A stretch of 64,000 nucleotides of DNA from Nitrospirota bacterium (GCA_963751455.1 CAVVUN010000001.1:64001-128000); one strand, 5' to 3'; shown: positions 42,338 to 53,500, counted from the first letter of the stretch. Notes: a model not told the origin generated them from the sequence alone. A program made the numbers and translations.

Positions 42338-43080
42338 CTATTCCTCTACGCGTACCCGATCCAGCATTTTTTTCGTCAATTCCTCGATTTTAGCGGGGTC
42401 ACGAAAATCAAAGCCCTTTCCGCTCATTATCGACGTATACCAAAGCACGCTCCCGGTGTGATCGATGAGGGCCATACTCAGATATGTCCCCGGGTTCCGA
42501 AGTGGTGCAAGTCTTACAGGACTAAACGAGCTCACAAATGCTACTGACCTGCTCCGATGCCGCGCTGACGCCCTCGCTTCCGTTTCCAGCTCATTCTGCC
42601 CAAAGACCAGGAGAATCGCATCTACGTTATGTTTTCTCAAGAGCGAATCGATCGGGCCGAAGGAGTAATCGGGGCAGGTGCGTTCATTCGAACAGAGTGA
42701 AAGCTTGCGATACGTCTTGTTCCAATAGAGGCTTTCGCTGATCGCCCGGAACAGGTAGTACATCTGCTCGAGGTCGCTGTCCCTGTCGCGGTCGAAGCCG
42801 ATAAACCGGGAAGCAACAGCCCTGTACTTTAGCTCGTTAACCAGGGATACTGAAAATTCTTGTCGGCAGTCTCACACCATTCGTCTATAAGCTCCCTCAT
42901 GCTGCCGCTAGAAAGTTGGTACATCAGGATATCAGGAGGAATTATGCCCACAGTTTTGATCGATTTGATCTTGTTGTTGAAATCCACTAGAGCTTGTTCC
43001 CAAAGCGAAGGACCGCAGCTCTGAAGATTGACAACGAAACAAAGAACCGCAAGGAAGGAAAGAATTTTTGAACGGGTCAT
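42338..43080 (-). CDS. Hypothetical lipoprotein split by a frameshift (42829..43080 + 42338..42763)
   Basis: Lipobox LQSC; IKTVGIIPPDI..; VDAILLVFG..LSMALIDHTGSVLWY, an alpha/beta lipoprotein pattern. Confidence 0.65.
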
Positions 43081-43235
43081 ATTTATACCCTTTTTTCTTG
43101 GCCACGGGGTTGTTTAATTAACCGGTCAATTTTCATGGTTCTATGCTGCGGCCTGGCCGGTCAATGACTCACAAAAAACGTTTTTAGGGTGCCAGGTTAA
43201 AACTCGTTGGTTCAACTTTCGGAATCTGATCGCCA

Positions 43236-45125
43236 TTATTTTGAGAGCATCTTTTCTTGTTCCTCAATAAACATTTTAAACTTCTTTTCGTTACGAATCC
43301 TGTCGAAGTCCTTGTCAGATCTAATTTTCTCAAGCCACATCTTTCTATCATAATCGAGGGGAATTTTCGCCCAAAGGATAGCTTGCTCCACGTTACGATT
43401 TAGCGCGTTCGCCGATGCTATATTGTAAGCTTCAATGTTATATGCGGCAATATTCCTCGTCGGTTGTTTTTCAAGTATGTTAAACCCTTGAGTAAAGTAT
43501 TTTATCGCCTTTTCATATTCCTTTAAAATAGCGTGACAAACTCCCAAAATATCGCTTGCCATAACATTCTCACAATTAAGAACAAATATTTCTAGATCTT
43601 CAATAGCCCTCTTACAATCGTCCAATTGGTAATTGGCGCTTCCGCTTACAAATAGCATGTAGTGGTAGTAATCTCTAATATCCTTTTTTTCTTCCTGAGT
43701 CAAAGTTTGATCATCCGGGCCTTGACCGTCAATACGGGCGTACGCCTTTTCAATTTTATTTCTTACTTTATTAATTAAATTTAATGCATCTTCTGGTTTT
43801 TCCTGTTTCAAGTAAATTAGACTCGTAAGCAAAATGGTTCTCTCGTCATCCGGCTTGTTTATATGTTTTAGCGTATCTAACGCTTTATTTATTTCCCCGC
43901 CGTTATAAAATGCCCATGCCCTTGCATAATTGATTTTTTCCTGCGGATACTGCTTAATGAACTCACAGGCATCGCTATAATTCATTTCGCAAGCCTTCTT
44001 GACGTCAGACATCCCACGGTCGTCATCAAGCAATTCTATGTAACTAAGACCCCTTACGAAGTAGGCTTCGACATAATCAGGATTCATTTCAATTGCCTTG
44101 GTGGCATCCTTTATGGCGGCCTCATAAGCGCCTTTTTTAAAAAAAACGAAACCGCGGTTATGATACGTTGTAGGATCGTTAGAATTTAATGATATTGATT
44201 TTGTAAAGTCATCTATTGCAAGATCATATTGCTTTTTGTGCGAGTATGCGGTGCCACGATTATTATAAGCTTCAGCGAAATTTGGATTGAGTAGAATAGC
44301 TTTCGTTAAATGTGTAATTGCCAGATCATCCTCAGCCTTTTCAACGAAAATAGTTCCAAGATTATAATGAGCGTTTTCATGGGATGGATTAATGTCAATT
44401 ACATGTTTATAATCTTGAATCGCAGCTTCTATGTTTCCTTGTAACTGGTATAATTTTGCTCTATAGGAATATGCCTTCACATAAGATGGATTTAGTTCGA
44501 TCGATTTTGAAAATTCTATAATTGCCAGATCGTCTCTCGCTCTTAAAAAGTACCCAAAGCCCTTATCGTAAAAAATTAACCCTTGAAAAAGTCTTTCCGC
44601 CTCTTGTATTCTGTTAACTGTTTGTTTCTTCGAACTTGCGCTTTTGAATTGCCTCTTGAGTTTGTTAAGTTGTGATTGATTTTTTTCAATTTGTTCAAGC
44701 AAATCCCGGTAATCATCTGCAATCAACTTTCCTGTAGCCTTAATCGCCGTCTCAATAATTTTTTCAGGCCATACTACCATCCGCAACTTGATTGAATACA
44801 TAGTCCCTGCTTTAGTGACACTCGCTTTTTCTTTAATCACTTCAAATTCAGTAAAAAAGGAAGCAACTACTTGCAATTGGTCTTTTGTAAGATCTATTTT
44901 TTTGTCTTTCAGAAGCATGTCAATGTAAGGCATGGCTTCGGTTATAATCTTCCTTTTTGCTTCAATAAATGCCCTCTCTTTTGCAATAGTAGGGTTTTCC
45001 GTTTGACCTATGGAATATAAGATTTCCGCCAAATACTCCTTTTCTAATGCGAAGGCAAAAGTGGAGATTATCATTGTGGCTAATAACATAAAAACTGACT
45101 TAAAATATACCGCGTTCATTCTCAC
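43236..45125 (-). CDS. Exported tetratricopeptide-repeat protein, low GC
   Basis: Signal peptide; canonical TPRs (AEAYNNRGTAY..AIDDFTKSISLN); C-terminal YNIASANAL..IRSDKDFDRIR. Starts 35 bp after the orphan RHS stop. Confidence 0.9.
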   Translation of the reverse strand: MRMNAVYFKSVFMLLATMIISTFAFALEKEYLAEILYSIGQTENPTIAKERAFIEAKRKIITEAMPYIDMLLKDKKIDLTKDQLQVVASFFTEFEVIKEKASVTKAGTMYSIKLRMVVWPEKIIETAIKATGKLIADDYRDLLEQIEKNQSQLNKLKRQFKSASSKKQTVNRIQEAERLFQGLIFYDKGFGYFLRARDDLAIIEFSKSIELNPSYVKAYSYRAKLYQLQGNIEAAIQDYKHVIDINPSHENAHYNLGTIFVEKAEDDLAITHLTKAILLNPNFAEAYNNRGTAYSHKKQYDLAIDDFTKSISLNSNDPTTYHNRGFVFFKKGAYEAAIKDATKAIEMNPDYVEAYFVRGLSYIELLDDDRGMSDVKKACEMNYSDACEFIKQYPQEKINYARAWAFYNGGEINKALDTLKHINKPDDERTILLTSLIYLKQEKPEDALNLINKVRNKIEKAYARIDGQGPDDQTLTQEEKKDIRDYYHYMLFVSGSANYQLDDCKRAIEDLEIFVLNCENVMASDILGVCHAILKEYEKAIKYFTQGFNILEKQPTRNIAAYNIEAYNIASANALNRNVEQAILWAKIPLDYDRKMWLEKIRSDKDFDRIRNEKKFKMFIEEQEKMLSK

Positions 45126-45159
45126 CTCACAAAAAAGAGCCTGCCCAAATTGAGACTCT

Positions 45160-47277
45160 TCACTTCATGTCTATTCGTGTGGGTTCCGGCAATTTATTAC
45201 TAATGAGGCTGGGCAAGCCTGAACTATTATTGCCTCCGGAACCGATACTAATGGAAATTTTACCGACATTGTCTCCCGGCGCCCCAACAAGAGATGGGTC
45301 ATGACTATATTCACCTCCGATAGTTAGGTTGAATTCCTTCGTCAATGGAATAGTATAGCCGGTCGTTGCTTTAACATTTCCGCTCCCTTTGACTTCGCCA
45401 CTCATTGAAAAAGTGCCGTCACCGAGTTTAAAATCTGCTGTCATTTTTCCTCCTATTTTATTGTTATCCACAGAAGGCGCTATTTTTACGCTTCCCTGCA
45501 ACTCAGTACGAATTGTGTGTTGCGTTACTTTATTTATGTCGCGTATTGCGGGATTGACAGTGTTGTTAACTAACCTATCAACGACTGCAGGAGCAGATTG
45601 CGGGACGTTAATCTCCTTTATCTCTGATCCAATCGATAATTCTATATCATTTCCATCCGGGTCTACAAACTTAATTGGATTGCTCCCCGCATAAGAGTAC
45701 ATGTTCATGTTTATCGGATTAAACACCCCACCTATTCCCGGCAGATCTCTTTCCGGCTTCCAGTCTTTCTGCTCTGTTTGTCTAGTGTCATTAACGTTCG
45801 GCAAATATTTTTCTAATATTGGATCCGCACTAATCCACCTGCTTAGCACCGGATCAAAATATCGTGCCCCGTAATAGTACAACCCCGTCTCCGGATCAAG
45901 CTCCTTGCCCGTGAACCGGTACATCGGCATCTGGCCGGAGCCGCCTTCTTCGACCCATGTTTCCCCGTACGGAAAGTATTCAAGCTCCTGGTACACAGCG
46001 CCATAATCATCAGTAATGAAGCTGCTGCTTCCGAGATGGTCCGGATGGTAGAAATATGCAAATTTCTCGGTAGGTGGATTCGTAGTTGTCGTGTCGGTTG
46101 TTCCTGTACTGGTTGTTGTCGTGCCGCTTGTGACCAGCCTACGCCCAATGCCTCTGTGGCTTCCGCGTCCTCTGTTGTATGCCTGCAGGATCCCCTGGCT
46201 GTTTATGATCGCGACCGTGCCTGGTACGCCGGACGTGATGCTGCCGCCGTCCTTTTCGAGTTTGGTGCAGACCCGGGTCTCTCCGGCAAAGACGTGTTTG
46301 CTGCCGAGATCGCCGTTCTTGAGACTGTAGAACCGGTTGAGGTAGACCGTCTCATTCCCGCCTCCGCCTTTGACAACTCTTTCTCCACTGTCATCATACA
46401 GGAACGCAGTGCCGCTCCCGAAGTCTGATATGGATTTCACCCGGTTCTCTTCGTTCCATATAATTGTCCTGGCTGAGTTCGTGGTTTTGCTGGTCCAGCC
46501 GGTCATGTTGCCGTTGTCGTCGTAGCTGTACAGCTTGTCGCCCGCGTCCCTGACCGCGTGGGGCTTGTTCTGCGGATTGTAGAGATACGTCATGTTGTAG
46601 TTCGTCTCTCTGGGCTGCTGGGAGCCGTTCGTACCCAGGATCAGATGGGTCTGGATCTTGCCGGTGATGTTTCCGATTGTATCATAAGCTAAATTGTTCG
46701 TATAGTTTGTTTTCTTGCCCGGATCGGCCTGATGCAGACCATTGGCTGTCGTAAGCTGATACAGATCATCATATGTGTAATGATGCTCTGTTGGGCCGCC
46801 GATCTCGCCGCCTGCCGGTATTGGCGCGGTATTGGTTATATCAAGTATGTTGCCGACAAGGTCATAGGCATACACGATATCCTGGATGACCCGGCCTTTG
46901 GTCGGTTCTTTTGTCCAAAGATGGGTCAGCCGTCGGGTGAGCGGGTCGTAGGCGTAGGTGGTTTTGACGTTATTCCCGTACGTGAACTCGGTCCGCTGTC
47001 CGAATTCGTCGTATAGTAGTTTATCCACGTAGACGTACCGGTTCCCGCGTTTTACTCCTTCTGCTCTCTTGAGCAGCCCTCCCGTATCATAGAGGTAGGT
47101 GAGCACCTCTCCGTCTGGATAGGTGAGTTCAATCATCCGGCCGAAGGAGTCGAAGACATAACCGGTCTGGTACAGCGTCCGGGAAACTGGATTGCTGGAG
47201 GCGTTTACCTGCCTCAATTCTTTCGCGGTCTCACCCAGTCTGCCGTACCACCGCTCTTCCATGCCTGATTCGTCGAC
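45160..47277 (-). pseudogene. Orphan (5'-truncated) RHS core with a distinct C-terminal tip
   Basis: Begins at DESGMEERWYGRLGET, matching RHS-2 DESGTEQRWYGRLGET. Full core HPDHLGSS..FTGKELDPETGLYYYGARY..NPIKFVDPDG, then a unique 163-aa tip. Confidence 0.92.
45818..45995. repeat. RHS core DNA repeat, near-identical to 51272..51448 and similar to 22507..22680
   Basis: Shared ATTGGATCCGCACTAATCCACCTGCT and TAATAGTACAACCCCGTCTCCGGATCAAGCTCCTT; similarity stops just before each tip. Confidence 0.9.
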
Positions 47278-47684
47278 CAGAGCAAGGGTATCAAGAACCT
47301 CGAAAGAATCTCGAAATCCGTGGAAACCGACGACCGTTCCTACAAGGGATTCAATCTCTTCAGCGATGATGATCTCAAATTGTTTAAAGTTCTCGCCCGT
47401 GGTGAGTTCAACATCAACGGCTTGCAGAACAAGTCTCTGCGAAAACAACTGCCATCAATAACGAGTAGCACAATGACGAGAATTCTGAAACGCCTTCACG
47501 TCCACGGGATTATTCGTAAAGTCGGTAAAACATATAAGTACTACGTCTCAAAGCTCGGCAAGGCTGTTATCACTGCGGGATTGACCGTTCGAAATATGTC
47601 AGTAATCCGCAATTAGCGCATGTTTGATGCATGTTCGATAAATAATTCTACCCATTTTGAGAAGCTTTTGATTCTTTAGTAACT
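47272..47684 (+). mobile_element. 3' remnant of an IS transposase with winged-helix C-terminus, abutting the orphan RHS truncation
   Basis: RSYKGFNLF..LARGEFNINGLQNKSLR..TRILKRLHVHGIIRKVGKTYKYYVSKLGK resembles the C-terminus of transposases often labelled MarR-like. The right boundary is approximate. Confidence 0.7.
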
Positions 47685-47740
47685 AAAAGGTTCCTGATCT
47701 TTGAAAAGACCGGCTGATGAATTTCGGGTGATGCATGAGT

Positions 47741-48322
47741 TTAATTAAGCACTTTTTCAACTACGCCGTTGTCATTGAATATGATGATCTGCCTTTTAAA
47801 GCGCGTTATCCAGTAACTCCAGGCATTCTCTTTTATTGAGTGCGTGAGGTGCTCGGGCGGATATCCATAAGCCACTAAAACAGCTTCCTTCCGTATGCCA
47901 GGCTTGACTTCCCCTTCCTTGACGCATTCAAGTTCCAGAGTCGAAAAACCGGCTGTCAGTTGCTTAAAACTTTGGCTCGTGAAGAGTCTGTTGGTAATAT
48001 CTTTGCTTTTCAATCCCGGATGATACTTCCGCGTAAAGAGGATGACAAAGACACGGTCATTGTTATATATTTCAAATTCACACGCCTTTCCCTTTCGTCC
48101 ATGCCCGCTTTCAAGCGTCAAAGAAGTTACCGCCGTGCCGGCGGGGATAAGAATACCTTTCTTATAATTAACACTCCACATTACTTCAGGTTTTTCATAC
48201 CACACATTGTATGCGGTATATAGTGGATCTTCACTTTTCTCAACAGCGATAGCAGACAGACAAAACCCTGAATAGACAGAATAGAGAGACAGAACTACAA
48301 TCAGCAGTTTTATTCTGGACAT
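47741..48322 (-). CDS. Exported protein, paralog of 38873..39451 (BamE/SmpA-like C-terminus)
   Basis: PLYTAYNVWYEKPEVMWSVNYKKGILIPAG vs PLYTAYNLWYEKPDVMWSANYRKGILIPAG. GAGGAGG SD before ATG 48322. Confidence 0.75.
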   Translation of the reverse strand: MSRIKLLIVVLSLYSVYSGFCLSAIAVEKSEDPLYTAYNVWYEKPEVMWSVNYKKGILIPAGTAVTSLTLESGHGRKGKACEFEIYNNDRVFVILFTRKYHPGLKSKDITNRLFTSQSFKQLTAGFSTLELECVKEGEVKPGIRKEAVLVAYGYPPEHLTHSIKENAWSYWITRFKRQIIIFNDNGVVEKVLN

Positions 48323-48407
48323 TGCAAATGCCTCCTCTGAAAAGAAAATTATCACGATAAGGAAAAGGCCACTTGAATTCGTAGCAACGGATGCCCCTTT
48401 AAATAGA

Positions 48408-49508
48408 TCAATGAATCTTTCGAATAGTAGCGTTACCCATATCTGCAACATACAGGGTGGTTCCGCTCATGGTTATGCCGTGAGGCTCTAAAAAACGCGC
48501 CGCTGTCAGAGCCCCATCCGTTGATCCGCCAAGAGGCACTGGCGCACCCGCGAACGTTGTGACGACTCCTGTGGAAATGACGATCTTCCTGATGGTATTG
48601 TTTGTACTGTCCGCGACATAAAGGTTAGTTCCGTCAGTAGTGATTCCGTAAGGACTGTTGAATTGTGCTGCTGTTCCCGTTCCGTCGGCAGACCCTGGAG
48701 TCATGACTGTGCCGGCGAGGGTAGTAACCGAATTTGTGGAAATGACAATCTTTCGAATAGTTGCATTGGCCGAATCCGTCACATAGAGGTTAGTACCGTC
48801 CGTGGTAATCCCGTTTGGATAGCTGAATCGCGCCGCAGTTCCCGTCCCGTCGCTCCATCCCCAAACTCCAGCTGTGCCTGCCACAGTCGTGACTAATGCT
48901 GAAGAAATAACTACTTTCCGGATAATACAATTCACTGTATCAGCAACGTATAGATTAGTTCCATCGGTCGTGATACCAGTCGGTCCGGCAAATCGTGCCG
49001 CCGCACCTGTTCCTTCGCTGAACCATCCAGGCCCTGCTGAACCGGTTAAGGTCGTAACCAGACCCGAGGAAATGACGATCTTCCGGATCGTACTGTTACT
49101 TGTATCGGCAACATAAAGATTAACCCCGTCATTGGTAATGCCAATTGGTTTTTTGAATCGTGCTGCGGTTCCGATTCCGTCAGCGGACCCGGTAATTCCC
49201 GGTGAACCTGCCAGTGTAGTAACAGCGCCCGTGGAAATAACGATCTTCCGGATGGTGCTGTTATAGGTGTCCGCAACATAAATGTTTGTTCCATCCGTGG
49301 TAATGCCGCACGGCAGATTAAAACGTGCAGCAGTCCCAATTCCATCAGCAGACCCGTAGGACAACGCTAGACCTGCAATGGTAGTAACAGGCTGAGTCCC
49401 TGTGGTATCGGCATTACCGTCTCCGCCCCCGTCCTCTCCGCCTCCGCAGGCGATGAACAAAATTGACGCAGTAAGAATGGTAATGAATGCAATCAACAGT
49501 TTTTTCAT
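48408..49508 (-). CDS. NHL-repeat beta-propeller lipoprotein
   Basis: Lipobox FIAC; six repeats of GxxDGxGTAARFxxPxGITTDGTNLYVADTxNxTIRKI. Confidence 0.93.
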   Translation of the reverse strand: MKKLLIAFITILTASILFIACGGGEDGGGDGNADTTGTQPVTTIAGLALSYGSADGIGTAARFNLPCGITTDGTNIYVADTYNSTIRKIVISTGAVTTLAGSPGITGSADGIGTAARFKKPIGITNDGVNLYVADTSNSTIRKIVISSGLVTTLTGSAGPGWFSEGTGAAARFAGPTGITTDGTNLYVADTVNCIIRKVVISSALVTTVAGTAGVWGWSDGTGTAARFSYPNGITTDGTNLYVTDSANATIRKIVISTNSVTTLAGTVMTPGSADGTGTAAQFNSPYGITTDGTNLYVADSTNNTIRKIVISTGVVTTFAGAPVPLGGSTDGALTAARFLEPHGITMSGTTLYVADMGNATIRKIH

Positions 49509-49847
49509 TGTGATCCCTCCCAAAATATTTTATTTAATAACGAACGTTATACCTGTAGCTTCGCTATGGAGAACCTTATGTTTGGGATTCCAATGGGCGT
49601 TAAGCACCCTCGTGGTCACCGGCGGGGGTTCAATGCCCGTAAGTGAAAACGAGCTACGGGAGTTTGCTAAATCTGATCGACGGCAATGCAGCCGTCATTA
49701 ATAAGGTCTGCGACTTCTGCCCAACGTCTTTACTTCGTATTTCTCCCGTTGTGCGTATCGCGTTTGATATTAAAACCTTTTTTCATAAAGAGTCCCTTTC
49801 CTTAGCTCTCATAGATGTCGAAACTCATCTCGCAATTTATATCTCCG

Positions 49848-50504
49848 CTACGGTTTAACATTGCTGAATTCTTCGACTAAGTCAAAGAAAGGAAACGATT
49901 GATCAGTCAGATAATAATTGCCATAAGTCATCACAGTATCGCGAATATATTTTAAAGGGACTTCTTGCTTGTTTGATTCAAAATAACTCTTCACCAATTC
50001 CCGAACTATCTTTCCGCCCGGCTCATAATATGTTCGCCTCTCTACGATATAGGGTCCAGGTGATAGTGGTTGCTGCTTATCGGTATTATACCCTTGCATT
50101 GTGTTCAGTCTTTCAAAAACAAAGGCTGTATTGCCATTATGATAAAAATAATATTCTACGGTGTTATTCCATCCTTCGCTAACCGCGAATATAACGATTT
50201 TTACAACTTGTTCGCCCAAAAGATATGCCTTCGCCTTGTAGTCACTCTCTTCAAATGCCTTTACATCTTCTGCAGATTTAACTCTGTACCATTTGTCTTT
50301 TTTATTTTCGCTCGGTCCCGGTCCTTGGTCTGGGGCGCCAGTATGCAACATGATTTCCCGGACTTTCGTTTTAGAAATTAAATCATTCGTATGCTTATAT
50401 ACCTCCTTAATTTTTGTAATCGGATCGTCCGCTGCAAACGTTAACGAATACAAAAAGAGTAATGCAAACATCAATAAAGCTTTATTAATTTCTCTCATCC
50501 CCAT
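49848..50504 (-). CDS. Periplasmic putative cognate immunity protein of the RHS-2 M15 tip
   Basis: Directly downstream of RHS-2; cleavable signal peptide (SLTFA-A); EYYFYHNGNTAFVFE..ERRTYY; low GC. Confidence 0.75.
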   Translation of the reverse strand: MGMREINKALLMFALLFLYSLTFAADDPITKIKEVYKHTNDLISKTKVREIMLHTGAPDQGPGPSENKKDKWYRVKSAEDVKAFEESDYKAKAYLLGEQVVKIVIFAVSEGWNNTVEYYFYHNGNTAFVFERLNTMQGYNTDKQQPLSPGPYIVERRTYYEPGGKIVRELVKSYFESNKQEVPLKYIRDTVMTYGNYYLTDQSFPFFDLVEEFSNVKP

Positions 50505-50559
50505 GGGCCACTAATCCTCCTAAAATGCGTGACCTTTTTGCCACGTTTAATTATTATAA

Positions 50560-53500
50560 TCAGAATCCAGAGCCTGATGTAGGAGCTGATTTTAATTCAC
50601 CCGGACTAGGTTGCTGTTTCGGAAGATCTGGCATCTCTAAATGACCGGGATCCCAACCATAGCCCGTATTTTTATTTATTGGTTTGAAATCGCCACCCCA
50701 TTTCAACCCTTCCTGCTTCCCAACATCACCCAACTCTCTAAAAAATTGTCGCTGCTCTGGGGTTTTGTCAATTTGGCCCCATCTCGTATCCATGATATCC
50801 ATTGCTTCCGATTTACCTGTGCCAGCACGATCAACGTGTTTGCTTGTATAGAGCGAAGTTGGTTTTGAATAGCCTTGCTCAATCTTTTGTTTTTGCTGCT
50901 CCACTGTCCTCACAGGATTTTCAACAGACTGGGGTTTATACCCTTTTGCCTCCATCCTTGCAAAAGTTTTTTCGGCAGGCTCTCTCATCCTATCAGCGAG
51001 AAGGGTTAAATATGGATGGCTCTTTTCTAACGCAGCTGTCGTATTGATTCCGACACTTGCACCTCTATGGCCGCCACTGCTTACTAATTCAGCCACGAAA
51101 TATGCCTTAACAAAAGGTATCTTCCATGCAAAGTTTCCGTCAGGGTCTTTGAATATTACCGGATTATTATGAGCATACGTGTATAATCCTAAATTGAACG
51201 GATTAAATATTCCACCCATACCTACTAGTTGATCCTTGTTCTCAATCCTGCTTGGTAGATACTTCCCTAAGATTGGATCCGCACTAATCCACCTGCTCAA
51301 TACCGGATCATAATACCGTGCCCCATAATAGTACAACCCCGTCTCCGGATCAAGCTCCTTACCCGTGAACCGGTAGTACGGCATCTGGCCGGAGCCGCCA
51401 TCTTCCACCCACTGCTCTCCGTACGGGAAGTATTCAAGGTCCTGATACACTGCCCCAAGATCATCCGTGATGAAGTTACTTGATCCAAGATGATCGCCAT
51501 GGTAGAAGAACTCAAACTTCTCGATAGGTGGATTGGTCGTGGTCGTCGTGGTTGTGGTACTAGTGCCACCGGATGTACCTGATAATCTCCTGTTTATCCC
51601 TACCTGCCTGCCATTTCCGCGTGTGATGGCATTCTTGATGCCTTGGCTGTTTATAAGGGCGATGCTGCCCGGCACTCCGCTCTGGATGCTGCCGCCGTCT
51701 TTTTCGAGCTTGGTCACTACTCTTGTCTCTCCGGCAAATACATGCTTGCTGGCAAGATCACTGTTCTTTATGGAGTAGAACCGGTTGATGTAAACGGTCT
51801 CGTTGCCGCCTCCGCCTTTGACCACACGCTCGCCCTGGTCGTCATACAGGAAACTCGTGCCGTTCCCGGAATCCGTGATGTTCTTGACTCTGTTTTCCTC
51901 GTTCCAGGTTATGATTCTGTTGGCGTTGGCGGTGGTCCACCCAGCCATGTTGCCATCCGAGTCATAGGTATAGTTCTTGACCGGTGTTCTGGTGGTGACA
52001 TCCGAGGTGTTGGTGACTGCATGGGGCTGGACGCCGTTGTAAGCGTAGTTCCAGGAATAGTTCGTCTCCTTGGGCAGGTTGCTTGAACTCGTGCTATAGA
52101 CCAGGTGCTGCTGAATCTTCTGCGTTATGTTGCCGATTATATCATAGGCGAAGCTGTCTGCATACGTCGTCTTTGAATTGGCGGATGACCAGTGGGTTCC
52201 GCTGGCTGATATAAGCTGATACAAATCATCGTAAGCGAAAATCTGGACCGTCGGGCCCCCGATGTTCCCGCCTGTCGGGATGAGCGCCTGATTATCCGTG
52301 CCGAGTTGCAGGATGTTTCCTACAAGATCGTATTGATAGCTGCTGTCCTGAATAGAGCGACCGCTCGGGAGTATCGTGGTCAGCCTGATCAATCTTCGGG
52401 TGAGGGGGTCATAGGTATAATTCGTTTTGACTCCGTTCCCATACTTGATCATCTCCCTCTGGCCGAATTCGTCGTAAAGGAGATTATTGATGTAGACATA
52501 CTGGTTCCCGCGCTTGGTCCCTATTGCGCTCTTCAGAAGACCGCCGTTATCGTAGATGTAGGTAAGCATTTCTCCGTCTGGATAAGTAAGCTGCTTCATC
52601 CTGCCGAAGGAGTCGAAGACGTAATCCGTCTCAAACTGGGTCTTGGCAACAGTATTGTTTGAAGCATTTACCTGCCGCAGTTCCTTGGTGGTCTCGCCCA
52701 GTCTCCCGTACCAGCGCTGCTCGGTCCCTGATTCGTCCTTAACCTGTTTTATTCTGCCGGCAAGGTTTCCATGTTGGTCTCCGCCCTCATTCGATCCGCC
52801 GTATTCGTAGGTTACCGCTGTGGTGGTCGGGTATGAAATGGTTTTCAGCCTGTTATATTCATACGTGTAGCTGATGTTCGGCTGGCCTTTGTATTTCGGA
52901 TCGTTTTTCAGGTTTGCTGTCTGCTTGGTTGTGACATTGCCATTTGCGTCATACGTATAAGTCGTCAGGCCCGTATCCGGGTTGTCGATCGTAAGACGGT
53001 TGCCCAGGAGATCGTAAGTTATATTCGTCTGGTTGTTTTTTGCGTCAGTAACGTTGATGATTTCGCCCATAATATTATAAGCATAGATCGTTTTTATGTC
53101 GACATTAGTTCCTTCTAACTTTCCATGTTCTTTCACGGCATGGATCCGATCATGAACATCCTTGTACGATTCTTTGGAACGGTACATAGGATCAACGACC
53201 TTGACCAGGAACAACATGCCTGCTCCATCAGGTGAGGTGTCGAAACCGTAGGACATGGTGGTTGTCGCTTTATCGGGAGTAACGATGCTGTTCGTGCGAT
53301 CAAGCGTATCATAGGTGAACAGCGTCGGATACTGAGTTGTCAGATCTTCATACGCGTACCCGCTTCGGAATGCGGGCTGGCCCTGTTGTATTGTCCTGCC
53401 GAGCGAGTCGAAAACAACAGTCCCTGAGACAATAACGCCGGTACTGACTGTTAAACCGCCGTCCCGGGTAACGTCGGCATCCTTCCTGATCTGAATAATG

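Noticed and set aside
47278-47448. N-terminal ~56 aa of ORF 45160..47448
   Set aside because: It is the antisense of the transposase remnant, not RHS sequence.
48408-49400. Regularly spaced DNA repeats suggestive of a CRISPR array
   Set aside because: They are degenerate coding repeats of the NHL propeller. No CRISPR array, tRNA or rRNA was recognised in the window.
49560-49845. Spacer after the RHS-2 immunity gene with short broken frames
   Set aside because: Possibly a decayed gene, but I cannot assign it to any family.
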